A stretch of 63,852 nucleotides of DNA, the filler included, from Octopus bimaculoides (lineage: Eukaryota): the NCBI RefSeq assembly GCF_001194135.2. It is 6 parts of 6 records of this genome, joined end to end, with 100 filler letters (N's around TTAATTAATTAA, not from the genome) between each part and the next. Parts side by side here need not be neighbours in the genome. Positions count along the whole stretch, not along the records: positions 1 to 23,528 come from NC_068996.1; positions 23,629 to 45,271 come from NC_068985.1; 4 more parts are not named here. The stretch is one strand, 5' to 3'. The first letter of the stretch is position 1, and every line of letters starts with the position of its first letter. Position numbers and translations under genes: made by a program. Of the stretch, positions 12,850 through 26,149 are shown in pieces. The notes under the pieces are model-generated. The model was not told the origin of the DNA. It saw nothing but the letters and a program-made list of their open reading frames with translations, and did no database searches.

Positions 12850-13012
12850 GCGTGCGACGAGTTTCGTTCAGTTCCGCTTACCAAATCCCACTCACAAGGT
12901 TTTGGTGGGTGTAGGGCTTTAGTAGAACGCACATGACAAGGTGCTATACTGTAAGTGTGACTGGACCTGGAACTATATAGTTGGGGAGCAAGCTTCTTAC
13001 CCTCACCACCAC
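12850..13012 (-). mobile_element. SINE family A, inverted relative to the 12703 copy
   Basis: Reverse complement reads ggtaagaagcttgctcccc..ttctactaaagcc..ccaaaaccttgtgagtgggatttggtaagcggaactgaacgaaactcgtcg. Confidence 0.75.
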
Positions 13013-13079
13013 ACAAATATATATTTGTTTGTTTGTTTGTTTGCAGGTATTTATGTATGTATGTATGTATGCATGCATG

Positions 13080-13113
<34 letters not shown>

Positions 13114-13304
13114 TGTATGTACGTATGTATGTATGTATGCATGCCTGTATGCATGCATGCATGCATGTATGTATGTATGTATGTATGTATGTGTGTATGT
13201 GTGTGTGTGTATGTATGTATGTATGTAGACTAGCTAGAACTAATTGACAAGTATCAGACTGTCTATGTCGGTAAATTCGGATTAAATAAATAAACAAGAC
13301 ATGT

Positions 13305-13520
13305 GTCGTTGTTGTTGTTTAAGACCAACCCAGTCCTGGTCGATCAACCTGACCTATGATATAGTTCCACGATGAAAGTCGTTTTCAACTCATTGGTCAT
13401 TCCGCTTATTTCATTCCCTACCCCCTATGCAAAGGATGTAGTACTACATTATACAAGATCTTTTCTCAAAAAGATCTCAGTTGTTATTTCTAGAAGAGGG
13501 TACTAGCCTTAGAATCTCCA
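13305..13520 (+). repeat. Dispersed copy of repeat family D (related to the 46.6-50.1 kb array unit)
   Basis: gttgttgtttaagacc..cagtcctggtcgatcaacctgacctatgat..tacattat..gttatttctag. Related pieces at 6970-7050, 56820-57010 and 57320-57515. Confidence 0.55.
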
Positions 13521-13805
13521 TCTAGAGCTGATCAAAAACGTGAATGTTGGGTGTAGCCTTTAGCCGAAAGATTCCTGTTCAAAATCAATGGTAACGACTC
13601 AGTGTCTTCATACATCAACAAAATATCTCTTCTATCGTACTTTTATTCAAGCGATACTCTCTGTTAGTTCGAATATTTCAATTACTCCCGTTACTACGCC
13701 AATGAGTACGGCCGATTTACGAGAGTTTCTGAATTGCTTTAAGAATCTCTGAATCTAATTTCTTCGGATGCGTCCTATTTACATCGTTTGTCATATTATA
13801 ATGAT

Positions 13806-13881
13806 GCCGGATGGGGGCCCACACCGGATGAGGATCACGCCGGATGGAGTCACACCGGATGAGAAGCCACGCCGGATGGAG
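13806..13881 (+). repeat. GC-rich minisatellite, ~5 copies of a 15-17-bp unit (cacRccggatgRg)
   Basis: gccggatgggggcccac / accggatgaggatcac / gccggatggagtcac / accggatgagaagccac / gccggatggagatc. Confidence 0.85.
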
Positions 13882-15066
13882 ATCGGGTTGAGAGGGTGGA
13901 GACTACAATAAATTTTCGGGGAATCTAGTTTGCATTTCGATGATTTTGATTTCCCGATTGGAACCGTTTGATACTATTTTTTTTTTTTGCTTTATGCTCT
14001 TGAACCATTCCACTTACCCATATCCCATTTTTCATATAATGTGTATATATATCCCTTTTTTTGTACCCTTCAGCGCGCGCGCGTCTGTTTGTGCTTCTGC
14101 ACTATACCAGATTGTCATATTCATATTTACTATATTCCCACGGTACATAACTATGCAATTATGTCTATGTGTATACATGTGCGTGTGCGAGTGAGTGTAT
14201 ACACGAGTGAGTCTGCATGTGTGTACGTGGATGAATGTATATAAGTGTGTTTATACGGATAAGTATGTATGGAGGTAGGTATGTATATATATGGATGAGT
14301 AGATATATAAATGTGTTCGTGTGTGTGTTTATGTGTGCGTGTGTGTGTTATACGTGTGTGTACGTGTGTATTCGCGCGCGTTTTTTGTACGTGCTGAGTA
14401 ATAGTAATAATTATGTTAACGTGTGAAGGTTTGTTGTCTATTTTAAGATAATTACCGTTTTTCCTCTACGGACGTAATTTCTCTAATGATGAGGGTGATC
14501 CATAGAAGAACTATTATCTGCAGCCTTTTATGCAGCTCACACAATCCTTACCACATAAGTCTGAACGTTATCTCCAGACACCACATTTTCTTTTTACATA
14601 TCTAGCAATAAATCCTAACATTTTTCGGGTATTTCAAACTCATTCTTTGTTTGTGAGCCTTTGACACTAACTGCATGTTTTAGTTTTTCAAAATACTTTT
14701 ATGAATATGCCGGTTCGGTTAGTCAAAATCAACTTGCCATTATCTACTACAAATGTCCTGATTCATTGCCTTCTTACTATCTTCCTGCTATCCAGTTGCA
14801 TTGCTACCTCCCTTCTGTACTGCTGTATTGCTATACTCTCTTACTATCTTCCATCGTGCCCCACCACTCATCTCACGATTTATTCAGTATTATGCGGGCA
14901 TCCTTTTAATAATGCTTGATAATTTGTCGTTGTTGAAACTCACATACGCATTTCGTGCGTGCAAACGTACTCTTTTTGTGTAGTGTAGGGCACCGTAAGC
15001 GTGCCGTTGGTGTCATTAAAATTTCTCCATATTCGAAATGCAACATCATCGCCGCTTCTCTCAGCA

Positions 15067-15122
<56 letters not shown>

Positions 15123-15353
15123 GCCGTCGTCATCATCATCAGCAGCAGCAGCTGCAGCAGCAGCGTTTTTTTCCTACTGTTTACGTTCTGCGTTCAAATT
15201 CTGTCAAGGTTATCTTTGCCTGTCACCATTCAGGGGTTAAAAAAAATAAAGTACCACTCAGTTACTGGGGTTATTGTAATCGACTTGTCCCACTGCCAAC
15301 AATTACTGGCCAAGTGACAACAAAATTAGAAAGATTTGCTGCTGCTGCTGCTG

Positions 15354-15411
<58 letters not shown>

Positions 15412-15654
15412 GAAACTTGAAGAATCGTTAGAGCGTCTGAAAAACTCCATAGGTTATGTCTTCTGACCCATAACGTTCTCAGCTCAAATCTCACAGATGT
15501 TAACTTTGGCTTTCACTTCCCCGGGCTCAATACCAGACGACTAACTCCTTCCTCTCAAAACTACATTACTCGTGTCTCAATTAGAAACCATCGTCATCAT
15601 CATCGTTGCCGTCGTCGTCGTCGTCATCATCATCATCATCGTCATCATTATTAT

Positions 15655-15905
15655 TAAAGCTATCAAGTGCCACGTTAGTTAGCAGGGATCTTTCTTAAAA
15701 TTCTTGCAGAACACAGGATGGTACTTTACTGCAGGTTCACAACACTGGTCGTAGTTCTAATATCATTCAATCTCTTAGGTAGCAGTGTGGGTGTTGTGCC
15801 AACAGCACTAATTACCATAGGAATAACTGTCGTCTTAATCTTCCACACTCACTTCTCTTTGGCTTGCTCTTCATCTTTTAACTCATCTCAGTCACTGTAC
15901 CGTAG
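15655..15905 (-). mobile_element. R4/Dong-type LINE 3' fragment
   Basis: Minus strand gives WKIKTTVIPMVISAVGTTP and LQ.STILCSARILRK; (AAT)/(GAT)-type tail toward 15600. Confidence 0.7.
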
Positions 15906-16294
15906 TCATGCTGGGGCACCGCCTTGAAGGGTTTTAGTCGAACGAATCGACCCCTCACCACCACCACCACCTCGTCGTAGTCTGTAATTATTCCACCGGT
16001 TTCTTATGCTGAACCGCTGAGATACACATAGATATATGCATGCATATGTATAGACACATACACACACACATGTATGTATGTATGTATGTATGTATGTATG
16101 TATGTATGCATGCATGTATGTATGTGTGTATATATGTATGTATTTATGCATGTATATATGTATATGTATTCATACACACATATATACGTACACATATATG
16201 TGTGTGTGTGTATATATATATATAGATACGTATGTATATAAGTGTATGTGTGTGTGTGTGTATATATATATATGTATATGTATATATATATATA

Positions 16295-16345
<51 letters not shown>

Positions 16346-16547
16346 CAATTAAAAGGGTAAAGGATTATCAATTTATTAATTTATTAATAAATTAATAATT
16401 AATAATTTTTTACCAAGCCCTTCGGTATGTAAGCACCATTATCGGTGAGGAACTTATTTATTTACGTATATATTGAACATGTTATGAAAGACAATTCTAC
16501 CAAAAATACCTTCATCGCATTTTAAACATTAAATGAAGCTCTCTTAC

Positions 16548-16870
16548 TCCAAACACAGATGTCCTTGCGTCTGCAAGCATCACCTCAATTAAAGCAATGA
16601 TTTTGAAAAATCAAATGAGATATTGTTCGAATGGCATTAAAAGCACACCCAATCAGCTGTTTTATGGTGAGCTTGCAGAGGGGAAACGCTATCGGTGTAA
16701 ACCTAAAAAAAAGACTTAAGGACTGCATAAGGACTACCATGAAATCACTTGGAATAGATCCAGTGGACATAGAAACCCTTATTTCGGATCGAGCTGGATG
16801 GCGAACAAAAGTGTGTTGCGTTTGAAGAATTCAGGATAACGCATGCAAGACTCAAGAGAGATTTAAAGAA
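16548..16870 (+). mobile_element. RTE-clade LINE 3' fragment (different subfamily from 1798-3700)
   Basis: PNTDVLASASITSIKAMILKNQMR, GELAEGKRYRCKPKKRLKDCIRTTMKSLGIDPVDIETLISDRAGWR: typical RTE C-terminus. Confidence 0.8.
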
Positions 16871-17343
16871 CTAAACCTACTATCCAGCCTTGCCCGGTAA
16901 AGTATTCACGGAATTGCTTTTCCAGTTTATAGAATGTGAATTCACGGTATTTATGCATATTTAACCTAACATCTGGACTTATTCAATTGGAACTATCCGA
17001 ACAAAAGTAATCAATTTCCACGAGTAGAAGCTTTTTTTTTTGTAACAATTTTTATCCTGAAAATCACCTGTAACTTTTCTTTTAAAGTGAAAGAGAAGAG
17101 AAAGTGAAAGAGAAGAGAAAGTGAAAGATGTATGAACATTTATATGAAATGGACGTGTGTGTGGAGAGAGAGAGACAGAGAGTGCAACTTACACATATAT
17201 CAGAACACACACGTTCACTCACTCACTCACTCACTCACAAACTCTCTTTCTCTCTCACGCACACACGTACATACAAAAAAGATGTACACATATGTATTGA
17301 TGTATGTCCATATACATGAAAACACAACCCTTCACTCAATCTG

Positions 17344-17396
<53 letters not shown>

Positions 17397-17857
17397 ATCT
17401 CTCTCTCTCTCTCTCTTTCATACACACGTCTATTTCATATACACGTACATTTATCTTTCACAATCTCTCCTCTCTTTCACTTTAAAACAAAAGTAAATAA
17501 ATAAAAAGATTTTACGGAAATTAACGAACTCCGGATGATGAAATTACATTCAGTTAAAAATAATTCTAAATGATTAAAATATTGTGTACGTCAAAAAGTC
17601 AACGGGTTTTTTTTATCTTAGAGAGCACGAAACTATGTGTGTGTATATGTCACAGATAGCGAACGTGCGTTTGTGTTGATTGACACGCCATGACATTCAT
17701 TATATGTGTGTCTATTCTGTATATGTGTATATGTGTTGACGACATGGAAGCTATGTATTTTTTCATCAAGAAATAACAAAAATTGTGTTTAATCGTTTAA
17801 ATAGTGGTTCAAATGTCACATAGCTACCTACCTACATACATACATGCATACAGATTT

Positions 17858-18010
17858 ATTTTAGTTTCCATCAGCATAGTCCACTCATAAGGTTTTGGTC
17901 GACCCGGTATTATAATAGAAGACCGTTGCCAAAAGTGCCACGTAGTGGGACTGAACATGGAACCATATGTTTGGGAAGCAGACTTCTTAACACAGCCAGG
18001 CCTGCGCCTG
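17858..18010 (-). mobile_element. SINE family A
   Basis: Reverse complement reads caggcgcaggcctggctgtgttaagaagtctgcttccc..ggttccatgttcagtcccactacgtggcac. Confidence 0.75.
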
Positions 18011-18059
18011 TATTCATATTCCTCCATTGTTTTCAATCTATTATGATATAGTCTTGTAA

Positions 18060-18430
18060 AGTCTTTAATCTTAAGTTCGCATTGCGGAATAAATGTTGTT
18101 ATTGCCCTCTAAAGCAGCTACACAGGTAAGGATTGCAGTCTAGTTGTCTGTTCATTGAATGATGCTACCAAACATACAACTGCATTACTCGAACAAGAAG
18201 AAACCTTGGCGACTGCAAGGCTTTTTCAGTTGCTTGCTGTGTTTCATGTGCTGGCGAGTTCTTTGATGGCTAGATGAATCATGCTTGCGATGTTCTTGTC
18301 TCTTTTACTGTGCTGAATATTTTCGTCCCTCTATTTTCTTACGCTATGCTTTAATGTCTGTTCAAATTGGTGGGTTTGTGTCCACCCCAGTGTTAAGTCT
18401 TTTCTTATTATTATTTTGGTAATGACCCTG
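18060..18430 (-). mobile_element. Possible LINE 5'/endonuclease-start remnant
   Basis: Degenerate VASFNEQT resembles the APE start motif (V.tfNVRT); many stops. Confidence 0.3.
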
Positions 18431-19729
18431 TAAAATCTATTGGCATTTGATTCGAGTACTCAATATTTTCGGAAGATGCGCACACATGTTTTCAAAGCGT
18501 TTTACCATGCATGCTTTTACTCACACATACACACACACGCACGCACGCAGACACACGCAGACACAGAGCAAAGCAAATCAATAACAAAAACAACAACAGT
18601 TCAATGGGCGTTTACAGTTGATATTATTAGGTTGGCAATCACGGAAGGAAGACTGTTATATAGTAAAATTATAACGTTTCGGAAATAGTCCTTAGTCGAA
18701 TACTAGAGGAAAATCCAGGAGAGTGGAGGAAGAAAGGATCTGTGTGTGTACGCGTACGTATATATATGTAAATTCCTACATTTATATATACATACATACA
18801 TATATATATATACGCACATATATTTTATACAAAATATATGTATGTTATATAAAATTATATTGTGTGCGTGTGTATGTGTGTGTGTGTGTGTNNNNNNNNN
18901 NNNNNNNNNNNNNNNNNNNNNNNNNNNNNNNNNNNNNNNNNNNNNNNNNNNNNNNNNNNNNNNNNNNNNNNNNNNNNNNNNNNNNNNNNNNNNNNNNNNN
19001 NNNNNNNNNNNNNNNNNNNNNNNNNNNNNNNNNNNNNNNNNNNNNNNNNNNNNNNNNNNNNNNNNNNNNNNNNNNNNNNNNNNNNNNNNNNNNNNNNNNN
19101 NNNNNNNNNNNNNNNNNNNNNNNNNNNNNNNNNNNNNNNNNNNNNNNNNNNNNNNNNNNNNNNNNNNNNNNNNNNNNNNNNNNNNNNNNNNNNNNNNNNN
19201 NNNNNNNNNNNNNNNNNNNNNNNNNNNNNNNNNNNNNNNNNNNNNNNNNNNNNNNNNNNNNNNNNNNNNNNNNNNNNNNNNNNNNNNNNNNNNNNNNNNN
19301 NNNNNNNNNNNNNNNNNNNNNNNNNNNNNNNNNNNNNNNNNNNNNNNNNNNNNNNNNNNNNNNNNNNNNNNNNNNNNNNNNNNNNNNNNNNNNNNNNNNN
19401 NNNNNNNNNNNNNNNNNNNNNNNNNNNNNNNNNNNNNNNNNNNNNNNNNNNNNNNNNNNNNNNNNNNNNNNNNNNNNNNNNNNNNNNNNNNNNNNNNNNN
19501 NNNNNNNNNNNNNNNNNNNNNNNNNNNNNNNNNNNNNNNNNNNNNNNNNNNNNNNNNNNNNNNNNNNNNNNNNNNNNNNNNNNNNNNNNNNNNNNNNNNN
19601 NNNNNNNNNNNNNNNNNNNNNNNNNNNNNNNNNNNNNNNNNNNNNNNNNNNNNNNNNNNNNNNNNNNNNNNNNNNNNNNNNNNNNNNNNNNNNNNNNNNN
19701 NNNNNNNNNNNNNNNNNNNNNNNNNNNNN

Positions 19730-19777
<48 letters not shown>

Positions 19778-20235
19778 TTTGTATGTATGTATATTTATAT
19801 ATGTATATACATATATATATATACGCACATATATTTTATACAAAATATATGTATGTTATATAAAATTATATTGTGTGCGTGTGTATGTGTGTGTGTGTGT
19901 GTATGTTGCGTATGCATGTGTCTATTTTTATAGCCGCTATCGTCATCCTTCGCATTCTAATTCTTCCTCCTGTAACAATTTTGCCATTACCTTCGTTATC
20001 ACTATTATTGTCGGACGATCTCATAAACGTTAGCATAAAGCCGAAAAATAGCCAACGGTATTTGATTATGTCTCTCGGTGCTCTGAGCTCAAATCCTGCC
20101 ACTCTCACTTCTGCCTGTCATTCACCCGCGACAGACAGAAAAATGTATCAGTAACGTTGTGAGACTTGATAAAATTTATTTACGTTATTTTTCCTTATAA
20201 ATATATGGCCTTGATCTGGTCTGGGGAAATCCTTA

Positions 20236-20370
20236 TCATTTTCGTCGTCATTGTCGGCGGCGGCAGCGGTGACGATATCGTCATCGTCAGTGGTAGCGGT
20301 GACGATGTCGTCATCGTCGGCGGCAGCGGTGAGGATGTCGTCATCGTCGGCGGCAGCGGTGACGATGTCA
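20236..20370 (+). repeat. 30-bp compound minisatellite (gacgatgtcgtcatcgtcggcggcagcggt), ~4 copies
   Basis: Units start at 20271, 20301 and 20331, with partial flanking units. Confidence 0.85.
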
Positions 20371-21120
20371 TCGTTTTTATCGTTCTCGTTGTTGTTGTCG
20401 TTCTCGCTGAAGTCGTTGTCGTTGTTGTTAGTTTTGTTCATGTTCTTGCTATTACTGTTGTTGTTATTAGTTTGATTGCAGATTTGTTTGTACAGTAAGG
20501 GAGTGAGAAGAAATTGTGATGCGATAGTTCCAGTGGTTTGGAAGCAGTGTTTTTGTAGTTCTTCAGAGAAACGAGAAGATGGATAATTCAAAGGGAAGCA
20601 TAACGTATGGCAAATATTTGATATTGTTTCATCGGCGAAGTTTATGATAATGATTGTGACATTGAAATTAAAGAATGAATGAAGAAACGAAAGACAGAAA
20701 CAGTCAAGCAAATAACTGAAAGCAAGAGAAAGTAAAGAATAGATTAACGAAAAAGAAAGAAAGAAAGAACGGTATTTTGAATAGATATTAGTCTGCAGAG
20801 ATGGGTCACGCTATAATTGTTAGTGTGACGGATTAGAAGAGCAACGATACAGGTTTTTGTATCTATCTTTCTGGCTTGGGAAACAGGAAAATAAATGATA
20901 GAAATGTGCACAAACTGTCAGATATGTACACGCACACGAACACACACATGAACACACACACACATGAACACACACACACATACGCATATACATCCATATA
21001 ACCATATATATCTCTTTGCCTGTCTATCCCCACCTCTAATATACATTATATATATATATATATATATATNNNNNNNNNNNNNNNNNNNNNNNNNNTATAT
21101 ACGTATGTGCGTGTGTATAT

Positions 21121-23528
21121 ATATATATATCATCATCATCGTTTAACGTCCGTTTTCCATGCTGGCATGGGTTGGACGGTTCGACTGGGGTCTGGAATGC
21201 CAGGAGGCTGCACCAGGCACCAGTCTGAATCTGGCAATGTTTCTATAGCTGGATGCCCTTCCTAATGCCAACCACTCCAAGAGTGTAGTGGGTGCCTTTT
21301 ACGTGCCACCGGCACGGGGACCACAACTACAATTTCCATTTGATTGTGATTTGATTTCATTTTGATGTTGATGTACTTGATTCAATAGGTCTCCTCAAGC
21401 ATGGCATGTCGCCCTACGATCCAAGGGTACTTTTTTAGTTGACTAGTTATGCGACACTGTTGTAGGTTACAGCTGTGATTTCACTTTATATTCCGGGTCT
21501 TCTCAGTCACAACATATCTTCAGAGGTTTCTGTCTTTCGTCATTTCCTCTGTGAGGTCCAACGTTCGAAGGTCATGCTTCACCACTTCATCCCAGGTATT
21601 CCTGGGTCTCCTTCTACCCCGATTTCCTTCCACTGTTTAGGAGTGGCACTTCTTCACACAGCTCTCCTCATCCATCCGTAGTAGATGACCATACCAACGT
21701 AAACGTCTCTCTTGCACGCCACATTCAATGCTTCTTATGTCCAACATTTCTTCCGGGACGCAAATACTCTGTCGTGTGTGCACACTGACATTACGCTTCC
21801 AGCGGATCATGCTAGCTTCATTTCTTTCGAGCCTATGCATGTCTTCAATATTCACGGCCCATGTTCTACTGCCATGAAGCATGGCAGTTCGCACACATGC
21901 ATCGTACGATCTACCTTTCACTCTGAGCGAGAGGCCCTTTGTCACCAGTAGGGGTAGAAGCTTTCTGAACTTTGCCCAGGCAATTCTTATTCTAGTGGTA
22001 ATGCTCTCTGAGCATCCACCCCCACTACTGACTTGGTCTCCTAGGTAGCGGATATGACTCCACCATGAACTACCTGGTTTACAATACGGGTGACTAAACC
22101 ATAGCCCACACTACCAGATGTTTTAAGCATCTCAGCAGTGATTTCTGATGGGCCTTCATGGCTTCACACCTTTAATTGCTTTATCTACCTGGGTGATGTC
22201 TATTCGGATAGCTGGTCCCTCTACTGGGTCAACATTTGGCAGGCTCTCCTCCTCCCATTCATTCTCCACATACAGCAGCCCTTCATAATGGCTTCTCCAA
22301 GCCTCTTTCTTTGCAGAATCATTAAAATCAAGTGCACCATCATCCCGGCGGACGCATTTCTCTCCTGCGACATCACAATTTTCTCTCACACACTGTCTTG
22401 CAATCCGAAATACCTCAGTTCTTTGGTCCTCGTGTCGCTGGACATTGGCAAACTTCTTCTTTTTTGCTTCTCCCTTGGCTATGTATACTTGTCGCCCAGC
22501 CTCCCTTCTGGTTATCGGGTACAGTTCCCTGCTACCCCAACTCTTCCAGGCTTTCCCTGCTTGTTTCTTTGCTCTAATGGCTTTGTCTACCGTATTGTGT
22601 CACCACCACCACCACGTTACACTAGGTCTGGAAGGAACTTTGCACCATCCGCAGACTTAGTCTGTGGCACTCAGTAAACTGTCCCGTAAGAATTTCCAGC
22701 TACCCTCTATATCCGAGGTCTGTAGGTCCTCCTCCCTCTCATCAAATTTCTCAATGAGGATGTCCCTAAATCTCTGACCATATGAAGGGTGTTTAAGATT
22801 CCAAATCCTTCTTTTCCAGATCGGTCTGCTTCCTGACCTCCTTTTGGCCTCGAGTCTAAAGTCACTGATGACTAGTCTATGCTGGGGGTACATTCTTCAC
22901 CCGGGAGGGTCTTTTTATTTAAGAGCAACCCTACGTCCAGCTGTCTGGTGAGGATGAAATCAATCTGGCTAGCAGAGTCACCTGATTGATAGGTTATCAG
23001 GTGGCTGTCTGGCTTCCTGAAGTTAGTGTTGCAGATTAATAGGTTACATGCATCACAGAACTCCAGCAGCCTAGTTCCCTCTTCGTTTCGGGGGCCAATA
23101 CCATACCCCCTACCCCGTGTACAGCAGTGAAGATACCAGATTGCCGTCCAACATGCTCATTAAAATCTTCAGCCACAAAGATGAGGTCATTGCCACTTGT
23201 CTTTGAGGTAGCCTGTAGAAGAGTATCATAACAATGGTCCTTCTGATCATTTGGTAGGCCCACATGTGGGGCATAGGCAGAGATAATTGTAGCTATACTA
23301 TTCTGCAGGACCAGCCTGAGCTTAAGCACTCTATAGCATATCCTGACTACCTCTGTGACCTTATCCACCCATTTCTCCGCAAGGAGTATGCCAACACTCC
23401 CTCACTGTTACCTTCCTAGAAGATTTTATACCTATGTGCCTTGCCTGTGAGGACCCTGGCTGAAGCTCCTCTCCATCTTATCTCTTGTATGCAGCATACA
23501 TCGACACGTCTCTTTCAAGCATCTCTAT
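21121..23528 (-). mobile_element. RTE-clade LINE with endonuclease region and 3' end but RT core deleted
   Basis: APE motifs (CIQEIRWRG, IISAYAPHVGL, DFNEHVG, QIDFIL, PQHRLVISDF), then KAPGPSEITAEMLK joined directly to YLGDQVSSGGGCSES; (GAT)n tail at 21121-21132. The 5' end is lost in a gap. Confidence 0.92.
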
Positions 23529-23628
23529 NNNNNNNNNNNNNNNNNNNNNNNNNNNNNNNNNNNNNNNNNNNNTTAATTAATTAANNNNNNNNNNNNNNNN
23601 NNNNNNNNNNNNNNNNNNNNNNNNNNNN

Positions 23629-23701
<73 letters not shown>

Positions 23702-25416
23702 TAGATAGAGAGAGAGATACAAATATTCATCTATGCATAGAAATTTAATAGAGTTTATAATGATACAATATTAGATTGGGGATTTGGTCAGTACATAGAT
23801 ACTTACACAGATACTGTGTGGCTCTTTATGAATATAACATGATCATTCCATTCACACATCAGAATACCTGTCTGCATAAACACAGAAACGTATGAAAATG
23901 TATGTGAGGAAATTACAACTTCGGTTTCAAGTGAAGGAGAAGAGAAGTTGTTTTCACACGTTTATTATTTTTCTTGAAATATGTTTTCATATATCGAAAT
24001 TTATTTCAAATATACAATCGTGAATATGCTATATCACTAGAGTTGATGTGATATATGAAGATATCTTCGTATGATATATACATTCAAAAATATACATTAA
24101 ATTACTATGCTCCTTCAGTTTTATAAATATACGTAAATTTAAATCTCATGTATAAATATCAAATATAAATTCAACGAACACCAAGATAACCGGTTAATAT
24201 GATTATGCACTAATTTACATATACTACTTCGATATAATTCCAGCAGATTCCACTAATATTTTCTAATAATGTATTTCATATTTAATCTTGACTATGTCAT
24301 GAATCATTCGTCAGAAATCCTAGACTCTAATTCATAGAACAAATGTGAAAATATCTTAAAATATATTCTTTAATGGTGCTAGCAAGTATATGTCCTAAAC
24401 AATTTATTGTAAATAAATCCATAGCAGAATGAATTTGAGAATATTGTAGGGTAATATTTATTGATTTTAGAGACATTTCTTTCTTGGTTCGGTAAAACTA
24501 TTATTTTCATGTAAAATATCAAAGATTGAAAAGGGTTATACAGAATATACAGTGGCAAAATGATTATTCTAATTTATTTCCTTGCCAAAAGTTGACAACC
24601 AGTCATTAGAATTTTAAGTGCAGCAAATAATGAACATTTCTAACAATCCCGTCAGAATGAAATGGTAATATTGCTATTTTAACGACCACGAAATAAAGGG
24701 GGATGTAAGTGAAATTATGCCAAACAACCAGATAAATCTAATTCATTAAATATTTGAATAAAAATAATGTCAAATTCGTAATAGAATTGAAATATATATT
24801 TATATTGATTGCATGAAAAGAATACTTTAAATGCAGTGATACATTCAAAACTTCAAAGTAAACGGATCATAATTCATTTTAATGGGTCTGGCGCACTTTT
24901 TTAACAAGCAATCGTGTGAATATAAAAATTATGTAGGAAGAACGTCTGTTTTTATGTTGCATATTATTGCCATTTTGGTTTAGTCAGACAAGAAAAATAT
25001 GCAGAGGATAACATTTTACTATCCATAATAGATGGGAGATATTGAATCGACACATTATTTTATTGCTAAATAAATTAGTGAAAGTACTAAAAACACACTC
25101 TGTATTATCAAGCGCTTCAATTTAATCCTTTGCAACAAAAGCCTCAGAAACATGCTAAAACTCATACTAATAATAATTATAATCAACATTTTTAATATTA
25201 TTTCTGTTAATAGTAGTAGTAGATTGTATCTATACTACAGCACAATTGGTAACATTCCTATTATTAGCACAAGAATATTAGCAAGTATATATATATATAT
25301 ATNNNNNNNNNNNNNNNNNNNNNNNNNNNNNNNNNNNNNNNNNNNNNNNNNNNNNNNNNNNNNNNNNNNNNNNNNNNNNNNNNNNNNNNNNNNNNNNNNN
25401 NNNNNNNNNNNNNNNN

Positions 25417-25481
<65 letters not shown>

Positions 25482-25519
25482 AGTTGGAGTTTACAAAAGA
25501 AAAACAAACAAAAGACAAA

Positions 25520-25685
25520 GTCGTGTGTGTAAACAAGAAACACATGTATTAGTTTAACGCTCGGGAAGGTGAGAAAGTCGTTTACATTTCGAGCCTACGG
25601 CCTTCAACAGGAAGGAACACGAGAAAATAAAAAGATCGAGAAAATTGAAAAAAAAGATTTAGTGGCTAGCGATCAATCATGTTCC
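25520..25685 (-). repeat. Short interspersed repeat with hammerhead-like motif (probably Penelope-derived); homologous to 33540-33680
   Basis: Both copies share tattagtYtaacgcYcgg..gtgagaaagt..tttac.ttt.gagcc.acg.tc.tc.acag.aaggaacac. Confidence 0.65.
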
Positions 25686-25697
25686 CAGCTGATAATC

Positions 25698-26130
25698 TTA
25701 AGGTATATATGTGGAGCTTGCGATCATCGTAATTTCGTTTTCACGTAGCATGACCGAAGACATCGAGCAAACAGCATAAACCCATTTGTGATCACCAGTG
25801 ATGATGGTCTTCCTGAAGTTTGAGCTGTTGCTTGCACAGTCCTGCATGCCCTGATAAAATTGCATGCGAGGTTGATTTTCCTCCTCTACCAGCTCCTTGG
25901 GGATGAACTTCGCCGACACTTCTCGCATTTACAAATCCTCAGTTAAAATGGAAAACTGTGATACTGTGCTTATTCCCACTTTATGATATTACACGACGGT
26001 CTTTCATGACTACCTGCATATTACACGACGATCTCCCATGAGTTTTAGCCGAATATTCTTAATCTGCTCCAACTTTTGCCTTTTAGAATGCCTGCCTCAA
26101 CATGTCTTCTTCTCACTAAGGTAGACACAA
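25698..26130 (-). pseudogene. Mariner transposase remnant
   Basis: MREVSAKFIPK...NFRKTIITGDHKWVY corresponds to mariner MRRVSAKFVPK...FLKTIITGDETWVY. Confidence 0.8.
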
Positions 26131-26149
26131 ATTTTAGCGATTGTACCTC

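Noticed and set aside
16405-16460. Hammerhead-like CCGAUAA..GGUG/UACC..GAAG on the minus strand
   Set aside because: Two core positions and stems I and III deviate; too degenerate to support from one copy.
18805-19902. ~90-bp direct repeat on both sides of the 18892-19729 gap
   Set aside because: Identical sequence flanking a gap is most likely an unmerged contig overlap.
20148-20711. 187-aa minus-strand ORF with DDIVTAAADD repeats
   Set aside because: It is explained by a trinucleotide-based minisatellite that lacks stops; non-ATG start and no domain.
23573-23584. TTAATTAATTAA islands in the middle of N runs (also 45316, 50993, 55403, 58514)
   Set aside because: An identical 12-mer sits inside ~100-bp N gaps (44 N on each side at 23529-23628) and gives stops in all frames. 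It is an artificial scaffolding spacer, not biology.
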